From an uncultured Anaerolineales bacterium (GTDB lineage: Bacteria; Chloroflexota; Anaerolineae; UBA7937; B3-Chlor): a stretch of 64,000 bases of DNA. The stretch spans positions 4,787 through 68,786 of the forward strand of contig CAYGAW010000055.1 of assembly GCA_964347945.1 (NCBI GenBank), written 5' to 3'. The first letter of the stretch is position 1; every line of letters begins with the position of its first letter. The notes beneath the pieces are model-generated. The model worked only from the letters and a program-made list of their open reading frames with translations, ran no database searches and had not been told where the DNA came from. This document shows positions 24,837-34,017 of this stretch, in pieces. Both the position numbers and the translations under genes were made by a program.

Positions 24837-26585
24837 TTATGTCAACCGCCCCCTTCTCACCCGATCAACGATCAAGATGCTTGCTACGAGAAGCAAGCCG
24901 CCTACGGACAGAGCCGAGCCCAGCAGGCGACTGGGAGTGTGACCAAAGCGGATCGCAACGCGATGGTCGCCCGCGGGGACGCGGAGCGTAATCAACCCAT
25001 GAGGCCCCGTAGGATGGATTTCCACTTCTTGATCTTCCACGTAGCCGCGCCAGCCCGGGAAGTAGTAAGTGTAGAACTGCACTTCAGTCTCTGCGGGTGT
25101 GCTGACGAGCACCTCTTCGGAGGCCCCACCATGCCTGATGTTCTCTACCGTCGCCCCTTCCAGCAAGGCCCTGGCTTTGACCAGCGGCTGTCCTGACAGG
25201 TATTGCTGAACCAAGGGAGTGTTGTGAGGTTGCTCCGTCACCCAGGCCGTCATCCCTACCCTGTCCGGGGGATAGAAGGACTCAAAGTCAATGATGGCCA
25301 CTGGCTGCTCTGAGCGAGGAGACGGCGCAGTGTACTCGGGGAGCGTATAGTTGTGACTGGCCAAGATGACCACTAGTAGCAGGACACCTACCCCAGCGCT
25401 CCACGCGAAACGCGGCTGCCGTCGCTCGGCTGGAACAGCGTGCACCGCTGCCCCGCTCAAGAAGGACATTGTGAGTGCAGCCAGGCCGAGCAGCCGCCAC
25501 GGAAACTGGATGAAAGCGGCCAGCGGCAACACCTGCCAAACCGGCAGAGCGACTGGCACCATGGCCAGCACGATAACCAGCGAGGCGGCGAAGAAGAACA
25601 GTACGTGCCCTTTGCCGCTCACTCCTTTCCACAACGAGCAGGTCACCCCCACTATCGCCAACGTGGCAGCCGCGAGCCCCAATTGGAGCGACATCTCATC
25701 GTTCAAGCCCTCGCCGGCATATCCATAGCCCCAGAAAGGCGAAAAGAGCTGCGAAGGATACACAAAGTGCTTGGCGTATCCGAAGCTGCCCTGAGTCCAT
25801 TGACTCTCCACAATGTAGCTCTTCTCGGCCAGCATGGGCACGAGGAAAATCGAGCTCAGCATCAAAGCCAGGGCCGCTGCTGCTATGGAAAGCCCCGTAG
25901 CCCGCAGGAATTCCGCCCAACCAAGCCGGAGCCTCGAGATTAGTAGGAAGCCTACGTAAGGCACCAGCAGAATTGTGAAGATGAGTGCTGTGGCTGCGTG
26001 GGTGAGAAAAAGCGCGGCATACGCCAGGCTTGCCAGGACGAGACGGCGCACGGACCACCGCTCTGCCAGGTCATGGAAGCCCACCAGGATCAAGGGCAAG
26101 AATGCGAAGGCAAACGACTCCACGAAAGCGCTGCGCACGTATACATCCAGCAGGCGATAGGGTATGAACATGTACACAATCGCCGCCAGCACACCTGCGT
26201 CCCCTCCCAGCACCCTCTTGGCATAGGCGTACATGGTCAGCCCAGAGAGGACAAAGCCCAGTATGTAGGTCGCCTTGACAGACGCTGTGAGACTCGCACC
26301 CATCAGGTGAAACACTTCGGCTACATAGTAGGCCAGCGTCGAGTAGATATTGAACAATGGATAACCATACCCGAGCGCAAAATCCACGCCCCATCGAGGA
26401 TAAAGCACGCCATCTCTTATCGCCTGGTCAAACTGGTTCAGGTAGAAAACGCTGTGAGGAGCGTCATGGGCGTTGAGGAAGTAGGGAGGTCCGACAAGGG
26501 GAGCCCAGGCGAAAGTCGACAGGGCCGCGATGAGAACTACGTTCCAACTGAGCCGCTTGCTCAGCCTCTTCCGAAGATCCGTCAT
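24837..26585 (-). CDS. GT-C-like polytopic membrane protein, paralog 1 (family misnamed 6-pyruvoyl-tetrahydropterin-synthase-related)
   Basis: HDAPHSVFYLNQFDQAIRDGVLYPRWGVDFALGYGYPLFNIYSTLAYY, PYRLLDVYVRSAFVESFA, many TM segments, and a C-terminal beta domain plus TM anchor. Confidence 0.7.
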   Translation of the reverse strand: MTDLRKRLSKRLSWNVVLIAALSTFAWAPLVGPPYFLNAHDAPHSVFYLNQFDQAIRDGVLYPRWGVDFALGYGYPLFNIYSTLAYYVAEVFHLMGASLTASVKATYILGFVLSGLTMYAYAKRVLGGDAGVLAAIVYMFIPYRLLDVYVRSAFVESFAFAFLPLILVGFHDLAERWSVRRLVLASLAYAALFLTHAATALIFTILLVPYVGFLLISRLRLGWAEFLRATGLSIAAAALALMLSSIFLVPMLAEKSYIVESQWTQGSFGYAKHFVYPSQLFSPFWGYGYAGEGLNDEMSLQLGLAAATLAIVGVTCSLWKGVSGKGHVLFFFAASLVIVLAMVPVALPVWQVLPLAAFIQFPWRLLGLAALTMSFLSGAAVHAVPAERRQPRFAWSAGVGVLLLVVILASHNYTLPEYTAPSPRSEQPVAIIDFESFYPPDRVGMTAWVTEQPHNTPLVQQYLSGQPLVKARALLEGATVENIRHGGASEEVLVSTPAETEVQFYTYYFPGWRGYVEDQEVEIHPTGPHGLITLRVPAGDHRVAIRFGHTPSRLLGSALSVGGLLLVASILIVDRVRRGRLT

Positions 26586-26619
26586 TCGATTCCAGCAACC
26601 TACTCTGGGAGAGAGAAGT

Positions 26620-28434
26620 CTATCCTCGCGACTTCCTTCGCCAATAGATTTGCCATCCCAAGACAGCGAAGACCGCCAATAGGCTCAGCCAAGACAGCCA
26701 CCTGCTCACCACCCGCACCGGTGTGTCTTCGAACCGCAAGAGGAGATAGTACTCTCCCACCGGCACCCACACCGAGACTCGACCCAGGCTGCCATGGGGC
26801 AACACCTCCAATTGCCTTTCTATCTTGCCTTCCGGCCCTGTCAGCACATAGGCCTGCCAGCCGGGATAGTAGAAGATGTCGAAGATGATCCTCCCCTCCT
26901 CTTCGGCATGCACCCAAAGCTTGTGATAGACGGTGCCTGTATCCCGAAGATCAATCGCCAGACGTCTCCGAGGCTTGGGCAGCGACCCCAGGTCAACCTT
27001 CAGATCGGGAGCTTCACCTTCGATCGTCACGTGCTCTGCAAAAGACGACCATTGAGGCACCTCGTGGGTCCAGGCCACCGAGCCTGTCATCTGGTCGCTA
27101 CTCTCCATGAAACGCATCATTCCGGTCAGGGAAACCGGGCCCTCGGCCGGCTCTATGATCTGAGGCGACAGATAGGAATAGCTGCCGAAGATGACCAGCA
27201 CGATCAAGGCCAAGGTCGCTACGGCGGCTGGGCGCTTGCCATTGCCATCCGATGCCGCCATGACAGAACCTCCCAGGAAGGCGACACACGGCATCACCAG
27301 GGCCAGCAGGCGCCACGGGAACTGTGCGAAGATCACGATGGGCAGCAGCTCCCAGAATGCCACGGAGGCGGCCAACATCAAGAACGTGATGACCACCAAA
27401 GCCGCCTGGAAGAACAACACCATTCGTCTTCGCACCTGGTTCTTGAGCCGTGCCACCGCCGCAATGGAAAGCACCGAAAGGACAAGTGGCACTGCCCCAA
27501 TCTGGAAGGGCAGCTCATCATGCGGCCCCGGTCGGCTCAGACCGTAGCCCCAGAACGGGGAAAAGAACTGGAAGAAGTAGACGAAATCGTCTCGATAGTC
27601 GTAGTAGCCGCCCAGCCACTGGTCCAGCCGCACGTACTTGAATTCCGCGGCCATCGGGAGCCAGAAAACGGCGCTCAAGCCAAACCCGAGGACTAGCGCG
27701 ACAACGGGCATGCTGGCGTTGCGCGCCATGGACTTGCCCATCAACATCCACCATTCCCCTCTCGAAGATGTCGCTTGGCCGGCATCCTGCCACGATTTGG
27801 CGAGCACCAGGAAAACGAGGTAGATGCCCAAGAAGGGCGAGAAGAGAAGCAAGAGCCCGTTGTGCGAGAATACGAGTCCAGCATACGACAGCGCAGCGCC
27901 CAACAAAGCCACGGGACGGGGACTCTCGACAGTCTCGTAGAAACACCATAGGACCAGGGGGAAGAAGACCAGGGCTACCGACTCAGCGAACGCTCCGCGC
28001 ACGTATACGTCAAGTATGTGATAAGGGACATACACATATAGGAGACCTGCTATCAGACCAGCAGTGCGACCCAGTATCCTCCGCACAAAGAGGTACATGG
28101 TCAAGCCGGAAAGCACGAATGCCAGGGCAAACACTACCTTTATGGCCGCGGTGAGATCCAGGCCCAACAGGTGGAACGACTCGGCAAGGTAGAATGCCAG
28201 AGGGCTGTAGATGTTGAACAGAGGGTAGCCGTATCCGAAGGCGATGTCGGGGGACCACCGGGGATAGAAGATGCCGTCGCGGATGGAACGATCGAACTCA
28301 TACAGAAAGTAGACGCTATGCCGTGCGTCATGAGCCCCCCAGAAGAACCCTGGCTGAAACAACGGCGCGATAGCAAAGACTGTGAGCGCCATCACCAAGA
28401 TAATGTTGATGTCGAAACCCTTGACCTTGGTCAA
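26620..28434 (-). CDS. GT-C-like polytopic membrane protein, paralog 2
   Basis: HDARHSVYFLYEFDRSIRDGIFYPRWSPDIAFGYGYPLFNIYSPLAFY and PYHILDVYVRGAFAESVA. It is clearly paralogous to 24837..26585 over its full length. Confidence 0.7.
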   Translation of the reverse strand: MTKVKGFDINIILVMALTVFAIAPLFQPGFFWGAHDARHSVYFLYEFDRSIRDGIFYPRWSPDIAFGYGYPLFNIYSPLAFYLAESFHLLGLDLTAAIKVVFALAFVLSGLTMYLFVRRILGRTAGLIAGLLYVYVPYHILDVYVRGAFAESVALVFFPLVLWCFYETVESPRPVALLGAALSYAGLVFSHNGLLLLFSPFLGIYLVFLVLAKSWQDAGQATSSRGEWWMLMGKSMARNASMPVVALVLGFGLSAVFWLPMAAEFKYVRLDQWLGGYYDYRDDFVYFFQFFSPFWGYGLSRPGPHDELPFQIGAVPLVLSVLSIAAVARLKNQVRRRMVLFFQAALVVITFLMLAASVAFWELLPIVIFAQFPWRLLALVMPCVAFLGGSVMAASDGNGKRPAAVATLALIVLVIFGSYSYLSPQIIEPAEGPVSLTGMMRFMESSDQMTGSVAWTHEVPQWSSFAEHVTIEGEAPDLKVDLGSLPKPRRRLAIDLRDTGTVYHKLWVHAEEEGRIIFDIFYYPGWQAYVLTGPEGKIERQLEVLPHGSLGRVSVWVPVGEYYLLLRFEDTPVRVVSRWLSWLSLLAVFAVLGWQIYWRRKSRG

Positions 28435-28478
28435 TACAGTCCCTCAAACAGGAGCATTGCGTCCACGGCCTCCACAGC

Positions 28479-30053
28479 CTACTCTAGAGTTATGACGGTA
28501 CCGCGAGTGGATACTGGCAGCCTCTCACGGGTGTCTGGATCGTACACGCCAAGCTGGATCCTGTATCCCTTGCGCGGACCCTCAACATCTATCTTCAGTT
28601 GGTGTTCGTCCACCACTATCTCACCCATCTCCCACGAACTTGTGGGCTTCTCACCCTGCGCTGGCATGGCATCGCTCTGTCCCCAAATCGTGCCTTCGGG
28701 GTCGACAACGTGCACGAACACAGTGTAGTCCGTCCCCATCGGTCTTAGCGCCTGCCAATACAGGGTTAGCCGCACTGTCGCTCCGTGAAGCAGAGGACCT
28801 TCCCGCCGATAACTCAGTAGAGTCATTTCATCCCCTACTATTGCCAGCGGCGCCGCACCGACTTCCACGTCCGTGAAATGCGGGGTCAGATAGCTGTAAC
28901 TTGCCAGGACCGTCAACGTCAGCAAGACCGCCTGCCAATGAAACCGACCTAGCTCCCGGGCCAAGCCCACGGCGCCTCCCGAAGCCGCCGCCATACTCAG
29001 ACCGACGAGAGCCAGAAGCTGCCATGGGTATCGCAACAGTAACGAAAGCAGGCTGATCCGCCAGATGAGAGCCGCGGGATGGAGCAGCAGCAGAACCATG
29101 ACGAACGATGTTGTCACGAAAAACCCTACTCGTCTCACCACCGTGGGATCCGCTTCTCCTGCCCCCAGCCAGAGCATGCCAGCGAACAAGGTCAAGCCTG
29201 TGGCCACCAGGCCCACCTGGAGCGGCAATGTGTCGTCCCAGCCCGGCAGACTAGCCCCGTACCCCCAGCTTGCCGACAGCAGCTGGAAAGGATAGACGAA
29301 GTGCTGCCAGAAATCCTCCCCGCTCTGCAAAAGGATTCCGTGTCTCAACGCCATCGGTAGTTGCAGAAGCATGGCAAGACCCAGGCTTGCCGGTAACAGC
29401 AGAAGCGCCTGTCCTCTCGCTCGCCGGGAGGGAGAGAGGACCAAGACGTAGGCGAGCAAGAACAGGACAAACAACAGTGCTAGTCCAAGGTTGGTCAGCG
29501 CCAAAGAAGCATGCAGCAGAATGGCCGCCACACCCCATAGCGCGGCCCTCTGGGACATGAACTTCTCATAGCACAGAAGGATGAAGGGATAGAGCACGAG
29601 AGCCCAGGCCTCGGCAAAGGCACCTCTCACATACACTGTGGCCAGATGATAGGGCAGATACGTGTAGACGACGCCTGCTACCAAGCCTCCTCGAGAACCG
29701 TAAAGTTGCTTTCCCAGCAGGTACATGCCAACACCGGAGGCCACGAAGCTGATGAGATAGACACCCTCGATCGCTTGCACACCTCCGATCCCTAGCCACC
29801 GCAGAAACTCGGCGATGAGGTAGGGGACGGGCCCTTCTCGCGTGAGCAAATCCCACTCCCCCGCGGCACTAGGCAGCCAACCCCAATTGCCCCAAAGATT
29901 GCGCTCCAGGTCATAAAGATCGAAGACGGGCAGGAAACCGGAGTGGGATTGATGGAAGCCGGGGCGGGTCAAGGGAGCGAAGGCGAAGACGCTAAGGAGG
30001 GCTACCAATACGAGGTTGACGTCCAGCCGTATTCGAAACTCTGACCACTTCAT
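28479..30053 (-). CDS. GT-C-like polytopic membrane protein, paralog 3, with a C-terminal lectin-like repeat
   Basis: It shares LPYHLATVYVRGAFAEAWAL with paralogs 1 and 2. Its C-terminus (about 28485-28840) reads MTLLSYRREGPLLHGATVRLTLYWQALRPMGTDYTVFVHVVDPEGTIWGQSDAMPAQGEKPTSSWEMGEIVVDEH...GYRIQLGVY. This is the same repeat seen three times in 7397..10606. Confidence 0.7.
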   Translation of the reverse strand: MKWSEFRIRLDVNLVLVALLSVFAFAPLTRPGFHQSHSGFLPVFDLYDLERNLWGNWGWLPSAAGEWDLLTREGPVPYLIAEFLRWLGIGGVQAIEGVYLISFVASGVGMYLLGKQLYGSRGGLVAGVVYTYLPYHLATVYVRGAFAEAWALVLYPFILLCYEKFMSQRAALWGVAAILLHASLALTNLGLALLFVLFLLAYVLVLSPSRRARGQALLLLPASLGLAMLLQLPMALRHGILLQSGEDFWQHFVYPFQLLSASWGYGASLPGWDDTLPLQVGLVATGLTLFAGMLWLGAGEADPTVVRRVGFFVTTSFVMVLLLLHPAALIWRISLLSLLLRYPWQLLALVGLSMAAASGGAVGLARELGRFHWQAVLLTLTVLASYSYLTPHFTDVEVGAAPLAIVGDEMTLLSYRREGPLLHGATVRLTLYWQALRPMGTDYTVFVHVVDPEGTIWGQSDAMPAQGEKPTSSWEMGEIVVDEHQLKIDVEGPRKGYRIQLGVYDPDTRERLPVSTRGTVITLE

Positions 30054-30134
30054 CTACCAGCGGATCCCTCTACCAACCGAACGACGGTCCGCACCCTTCT
30101 GTTGCCACTCTCCTCATGATGGTGCAGTAGACAC

Positions 30135-31157
30135 TCACGGAATGATCACGATTTTCAACGACTCAGTCGCCTGAGCCGCCAAGAGTATGGCATCGTCCAC
30201 CTCATCCAGCCCGAACCGATGGGTGACCAGATTCTCTGCGCGAACTCTGCCTCGGCGGATCAACTCCAGAGCGGCCCGCGTGTCGTCAGGTGCGCACGAG
30301 TACGTGGTGACAAGGGTCTTCTCACCGAAGAGCAGGTCATGCACCTCCACTGGCAAGGTGGCTCCTGGTGGCAGTGGCGCGTAGATGAGCACTGTACCGC
30401 CTTTCCCAGCAAGCCTCAAACCCTGCTGCATCACTGAGACGCTACCAGGCGTCACGATCACCAGGTCTGCACCCACGCCCTCGGTCAATTCCAGAACCTG
30501 GCTGTCCCAATCGGGCGCGGTTGCGTTGATAGCGAAATCTGCCTCGAACTCCAGCGCCCGCTGTAGACGGTACTCCACAAGATCCGTGGCTACGATCAAG
30601 CTTGCGCCCCATATCCTGGCCAACTGGGTGAAGAGCAAGCCACTCACCCCAACTCCAATGACCAGGACTGTGTCACCTGTCCGCATGCGGACTCGCTTCA
30701 TGCCTCGGAGGGCACAGGCCGTAGGCTCAATCAGCGTAGCCTCCTCAAACCCGAGATGCGTGGGCAGCTTGAGCACGTCTCGTTCCACATTGATGGCCCT
30801 CACGCGGATGTATTCCGCGAACCCACCAGGGTAGATGCCGTTCTCTCTAAAAGTCGAGCAGGAAGAGTAATTCTCACGCCTGCAGTAGTGACACACAAAG
30901 CAAGGGACGTGATGATGAGCGAAGACCCTGTCGCCAACTGCGAACCCTTCCACCCCGCTCCCCACCCGGGAGACGAAACCCGCTGGCTCGTGCCCCAACA
31001 CCACGGGAGCCTTGCTGTCCGCATACCACTCCATCAGATCGCTCCCGCAGAGGCCACAGGCTTTCATCTGCACCAGCATCTCTCCACGGCCGATCTCAGG
31101 TATCGGCATGTCCTCCAGTCGAATATCTTCGCGATTGTAGTACCTCGCTACTCTCAT
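30135..31157 (-). CDS. Zn-dependent MDR dehydrogenase (polyol/threonine dehydrogenase-like)
   Basis: CGLCGSDL, GHEPAG, a structural-zinc Cys cluster (CFVCHYCRRENYSSC) and a GVGVSG Rossmann motif. Confidence 0.8.
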   Translation of the reverse strand: MRVARYYNREDIRLEDMPIPEIGRGEMLVQMKACGLCGSDLMEWYADSKAPVVLGHEPAGFVSRVGSGVEGFAVGDRVFAHHHVPCFVCHYCRRENYSSCSTFRENGIYPGGFAEYIRVRAINVERDVLKLPTHLGFEEATLIEPTACALRGMKRVRMRTGDTVLVIGVGVSGLLFTQLARIWGASLIVATDLVEYRLQRALEFEADFAINATAPDWDSQVLELTEGVGADLVIVTPGSVSVMQQGLRLAGKGGTVLIYAPLPPGATLPVEVHDLLFGEKTLVTTYSCAPDDTRAALELIRRGRVRAENLVTHRFGLDEVDDAILLAAQATESLKIVIIP

Positions 31158-31175
31158 GCCTGTGTCCGAACCATC

Positions 31176-32198
31176 CTAGGGGATGATTGCCATCTTGATC
31201 GCCTGGCCTGCCGCGACCATCTGCAAGGCCCGCTCCACATCCCTGAGGGACAGCTGTCCGGTTATCAGAGGCTCTGCCTTGACCACTCCAAGACGCAGTA
31301 GCTCAAGCGCCTTCCGAACCGTGTGGGGCGTGTGATGAAATACTCCCTTGATGGTCAACTCACCGTAGTGCAGTTGGCCCGTGTCCAACGGTATCTGTGT
31401 CCCAGCAGGACAACCGCCGAACATGACCACGCTTCCACCCTTGCGAACTAGTCGCAGGGCCATTTGCCAGACCTCCGGTGCTCCAGCAGTCTCGATGACT
31501 ACGTCAGCTCCTCGGCCATCGGTCAAATCCCCCACTACCGCGAATGGGTCCTCGGTCTCCGGATTCACTACTCTGGTTGCACCCAATTCACGGGCCAGCT
31601 GCAATCTCTTCTCGTTGAGGTCAATCACCACGATCTGCTCCGACCCTCTGTGCACCGCCAGCTGAAGGTGCATCAGACCGATGGGTCCGCCTCCTCCGGC
31701 GATCACCACGCTGTCGCCAGGAGAGATGCCAGCAGCCTCATTCCCCAGGACGACGCAGGCTAGCGGTTCGACAAGGGCCGCCTCCTCGTACGATAGACCA
31801 GGCGGAATCTCATAGACGTTCCGCTCCACGATGCGTGCAGGCACTCTGATGTACTCGGCGAAAGCACCCCAGTTGAACAAGATGTCGTCACAGAGATTCT
31901 GCTTCCCACGCTTGCAGAAGAAGCAGCTGTTGCAAGGAGCAGAGTTGGCAGCCACCACTCTCGCACCCTCGGCGAATCCCGTCACCCCATCCCCGACCTC
32001 GCATACATCACCTGAGAACTCATGGCCAAAAAGCATCGGTGGCTCCATCAGGTGATGCCCTCTGCGGTAGGTCTTGACGTCTGTCCCGCAGGTCAAGGCT
32101 GCCTTGACCCTCACCAGCAACTCGCCTGGATCAATCGCGGGCAGGTCCACCTCCTGATAGCTCAGCCGGCCTGGTCCTAAGTATACTGCCGCTTTCAC
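31176..32198 (-). CDS. Zn-dependent MDR dehydrogenase (sorbitol/iditol dehydrogenase-like)
   Basis: CGTDVKTY, GHEFSG, CNSCFFCKRGKQNLC and GGGGPIG. I place the start at GTG 32198-32196, which overlaps the cupin TGA as GTGA. The upstream 21 codons in the ORF track overlap the cupin gene. Confidence 0.8.
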   Translation of the reverse strand: MKAAVYLGPGRLSYQEVDLPAIDPGELLVRVKAALTCGTDVKTYRRGHHLMEPPMLFGHEFSGDVCEVGDGVTGFAEGARVVAANSAPCNSCFFCKRGKQNLCDDILFNWGAFAEYIRVPARIVERNVYEIPPGLSYEEAALVEPLACVVLGNEAAGISPGDSVVIAGGGGPIGLMHLQLAVHRGSEQIVVIDLNEKRLQLARELGATRVVNPETEDPFAVVGDLTDGRGADVVIETAGAPEVWQMALRLVRKGGSVVMFGGCPAGTQIPLDTGQLHYGELTIKGVFHHTPHTVRKALELLRLGVVKAEPLITGQLSLRDVERALQMVAAGQAIKMAIIP

Positions 32199-32578
32199 TC
32201 GTGAGTGTCTCTCTTCGACGGGATCACGCACAGGAAACCGAACGGTTCCTGCCCCAGGCACTTGAACCGATGCTCTTCTCGCGGCGAGACATAGATCATG
32301 TCGCCGAAGGAGACGTCCACCGAGTCGTCTCCCACAAGGACTCGTCCCTTGCCCCTGAGGACCATGACCCCATGATCGTGCTCGTGGCTATCCAGAGGAG
32401 TCTCGCCGCCTGGCTCAATCTCGAAGTATCGCATCGCGAAATGGCCTGCTCCTTCCTGGGGTCCGATCAGCCATCGCACAGAGACTGCGCGCACCCCTGG
32501 CGAGTCGTAGGCTTCCGCCTCAACGTCCTCCCACTCGAAATCGCCCTTTTCGCCGGTGAATCTGTGTAGAGAGCCCAT
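32195..32578 (-). CDS. Cupin-fold protein
   Basis: GETPLDSHEHDHGVMVLRGKGRVLVGD...GDMIYVSPREEHRFKCLG is a cupin_2 two-motif pattern. ATG 32578 has AGGAGG 6 nt upstream. Confidence 0.75.
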   Translation of the reverse strand: MGSLHRFTGEKGDFEWEDVEAEAYDSPGVRAVSVRWLIGPQEGAGHFAMRYFEIEPGGETPLDSHEHDHGVMVLRGKGRVLVGDDSVDVSFGDMIYVSPREEHRFKCLGQEPFGFLCVIPSKRDTHE

Positions 32579-32605
32579 AGAGCTCCTCCTCACGTTGCAC
32601 AGCAG

Positions 32606-32614
32606 ATTCTAGCA
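32606..32614 (-). promoter_or_regulatory. Extended -10 promoter for the cupin/dehydrogenase/GT-C transcription unit
   Basis: The reverse strand reads TGcTAGAAT about 28 nt upstream of ATG 32578. Confidence 0.4.
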
Positions 32615-32960
32615 TACCTGGGGCGAAAAAAGGTAGGGGCGCGAAGAGCGACAAGAGCGCGGCACAAAGAGAAAGCCAACAGACATGAACCGCCTGTTGG
32701 CTAGAGCCTGCGTCCCCCATCTTGCCGTGTGCTATCATTGTTTTGAACCTGCCGAGGCAGGTGGGTGCCTACCTGTCGGGTTTGCCCTCTCGGACAGCGC
32801 CTCCAGAGATCGGCTCCCTGTATATAGGTATTGGCTCAAAACGCTGATCACAGCATCACGAGCATGACGGGAGACGCATTTCTATTATAGCACATTATCA
32901 AAACCAGTGCAAGCTGGGCCTCAGAAGAGAAATCCTCTAGCCCAGCGACGGACAATCTGT

Positions 32961-32966
32961 TATAAT
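32961..32966 (+). promoter_or_regulatory. -10 box giving a near-leaderless GNAT transcript
   Basis: TATAAT at 32961-32966 lies 9 nt before ATG 32976, with no Shine-Dalgarno sequence between them. Confidence 0.4.
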
Positions 32967-32975
32967 GCGCCCACG

Positions 32976-34007
32976 ATGTCTGTACACCCGAACGTAAGAG
33001 TCGATGTCTGTCCCGGCCCCCGGGCCTTTGTCGATTTGGAGGAGGAATGGAACGACCTCCTCAGGCGGAGCACCATGAACACCATCTTCCTAACCTGGGA
33101 GTGGCAGGGAATCTGGTGGGACTGCTTCGGTGAGGACGCCCAACTGACCATACTGACCGTCCGAGAGAAAGGAGAGCTAATCGGCCTCGCTCCGCTCTAC
33201 GCCCGGCGTTCCAACGACGGCCAGAGGACACTGCGTCTTGTTGGCGGAGTTGAGGTGTCCGACTACCTGGACATCATCGCCAGCACCGGGAAGGAGCAAG
33301 TGGTCTACACGGCGCTGTGGCACTTCCTGGTCGACGAGCATCGTTATCCGTGGGATGTGTTGGACCTGCATAACGTGCCCGCTACCTCACCGACTTTGAC
33401 AGTGATGAGAGACCTCGTAGGGGACACACCTGGGTTTGAGATTAGCGCGGTGGTCGAGGATGTGTGCCCCGTTCTGGACCTGCCCTCCACCTGGGGCGAA
33501 TACTTGTCACTCCTGAACAAGAAGCAGCGTCACGAAGTGCGCCGCAAGATTCGCAAAGCTAATAGAGAGGCGGAAGTCACCTGGTACTACGCACTGAACG
33601 AGACATCACTCGAAGCTGAGGTGGACGATTTCATCCAGCTTCACCAAAAGAGCGATAAGCAGAAGATGGCTTTCATGGATCAGAGAATGCAGCCCTTCTT
33701 CCATGCCATAGCTCGAGCTGCCTTGGAGCAAGGATGGTTGAAACTGGCGTTTCTGGTTGTCAATAGTGCAAAGGTGGCCTCTGTGTTCTGTTTCGACTAT
33801 GACGATGCCATTCTCGTCTACAATTCCGGCTACGATCCGGCCTTGCACTCTTCCTTGAGTACGGGTATTGTTCTTCTCGCGTACTGCATTGAAGATGCGA
33901 TAGAGAACGGGCGCAAGGCGTTCGACTTCCTCCGTGGCGAGGAGGAGTACAAGTGTCGCTTCGGCGGCGCGCGAACCGAGATACACAATGTGAGAATCAG
34001 TAGATGA
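32976..34007 (+). CDS. CelD/BcsL-like (FemAB-fold) GNAT acyltransferase
   Basis: TIFLTWEWQGIWWDCFG and a C-terminal FDFLRGEEEYKCRFG are the pattern I remember for the cellulose-biosynthesis CelD-like acetyltransferase family. Confidence 0.65.
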   Translation: MSVHPNVRVDVCPGPRAFVDLEEEWNDLLRRSTMNTIFLTWEWQGIWWDCFGEDAQLTILTVREKGELIGLAPLYARRSNDGQRTLRLVGGVEVSDYLDIIASTGKEQVVYTALWHFLVDEHRYPWDVLDLHNVPATSPTLTVMRDLVGDTPGFEISAVVEDVCPVLDLPSTWGEYLSLLNKKQRHEVRRKIRKANREAEVTWYYALNETSLEAEVDDFIQLHQKSDKQKMAFMDQRMQPFFHAIARAALEQGWLKLAFLVVNSAKVASVFCFDYDDAILVYNSGYDPALHSSLSTGIVLLAYCIEDAIENGRKAFDFLRGEEEYKCRFGGARTEIHNVRISR

Positions 34008-34017
34008 GGCGAAGACA

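Noticed and set aside
32615-32960. A relatively AT-rich divergent intergenic region with several small hairpins (CCTGCC-GA-GGCAGG, CAGGT-N8-ACCTG, CTGTC-N14-GACAG) and a 60-aa ORF (32685..32867).
   Set aside because: It is consistent with a plain divergent promoter and operator region. The hairpins are too short to call an RNA element, and the ORF has no Shine-Dalgarno sequence and an implausible composition.
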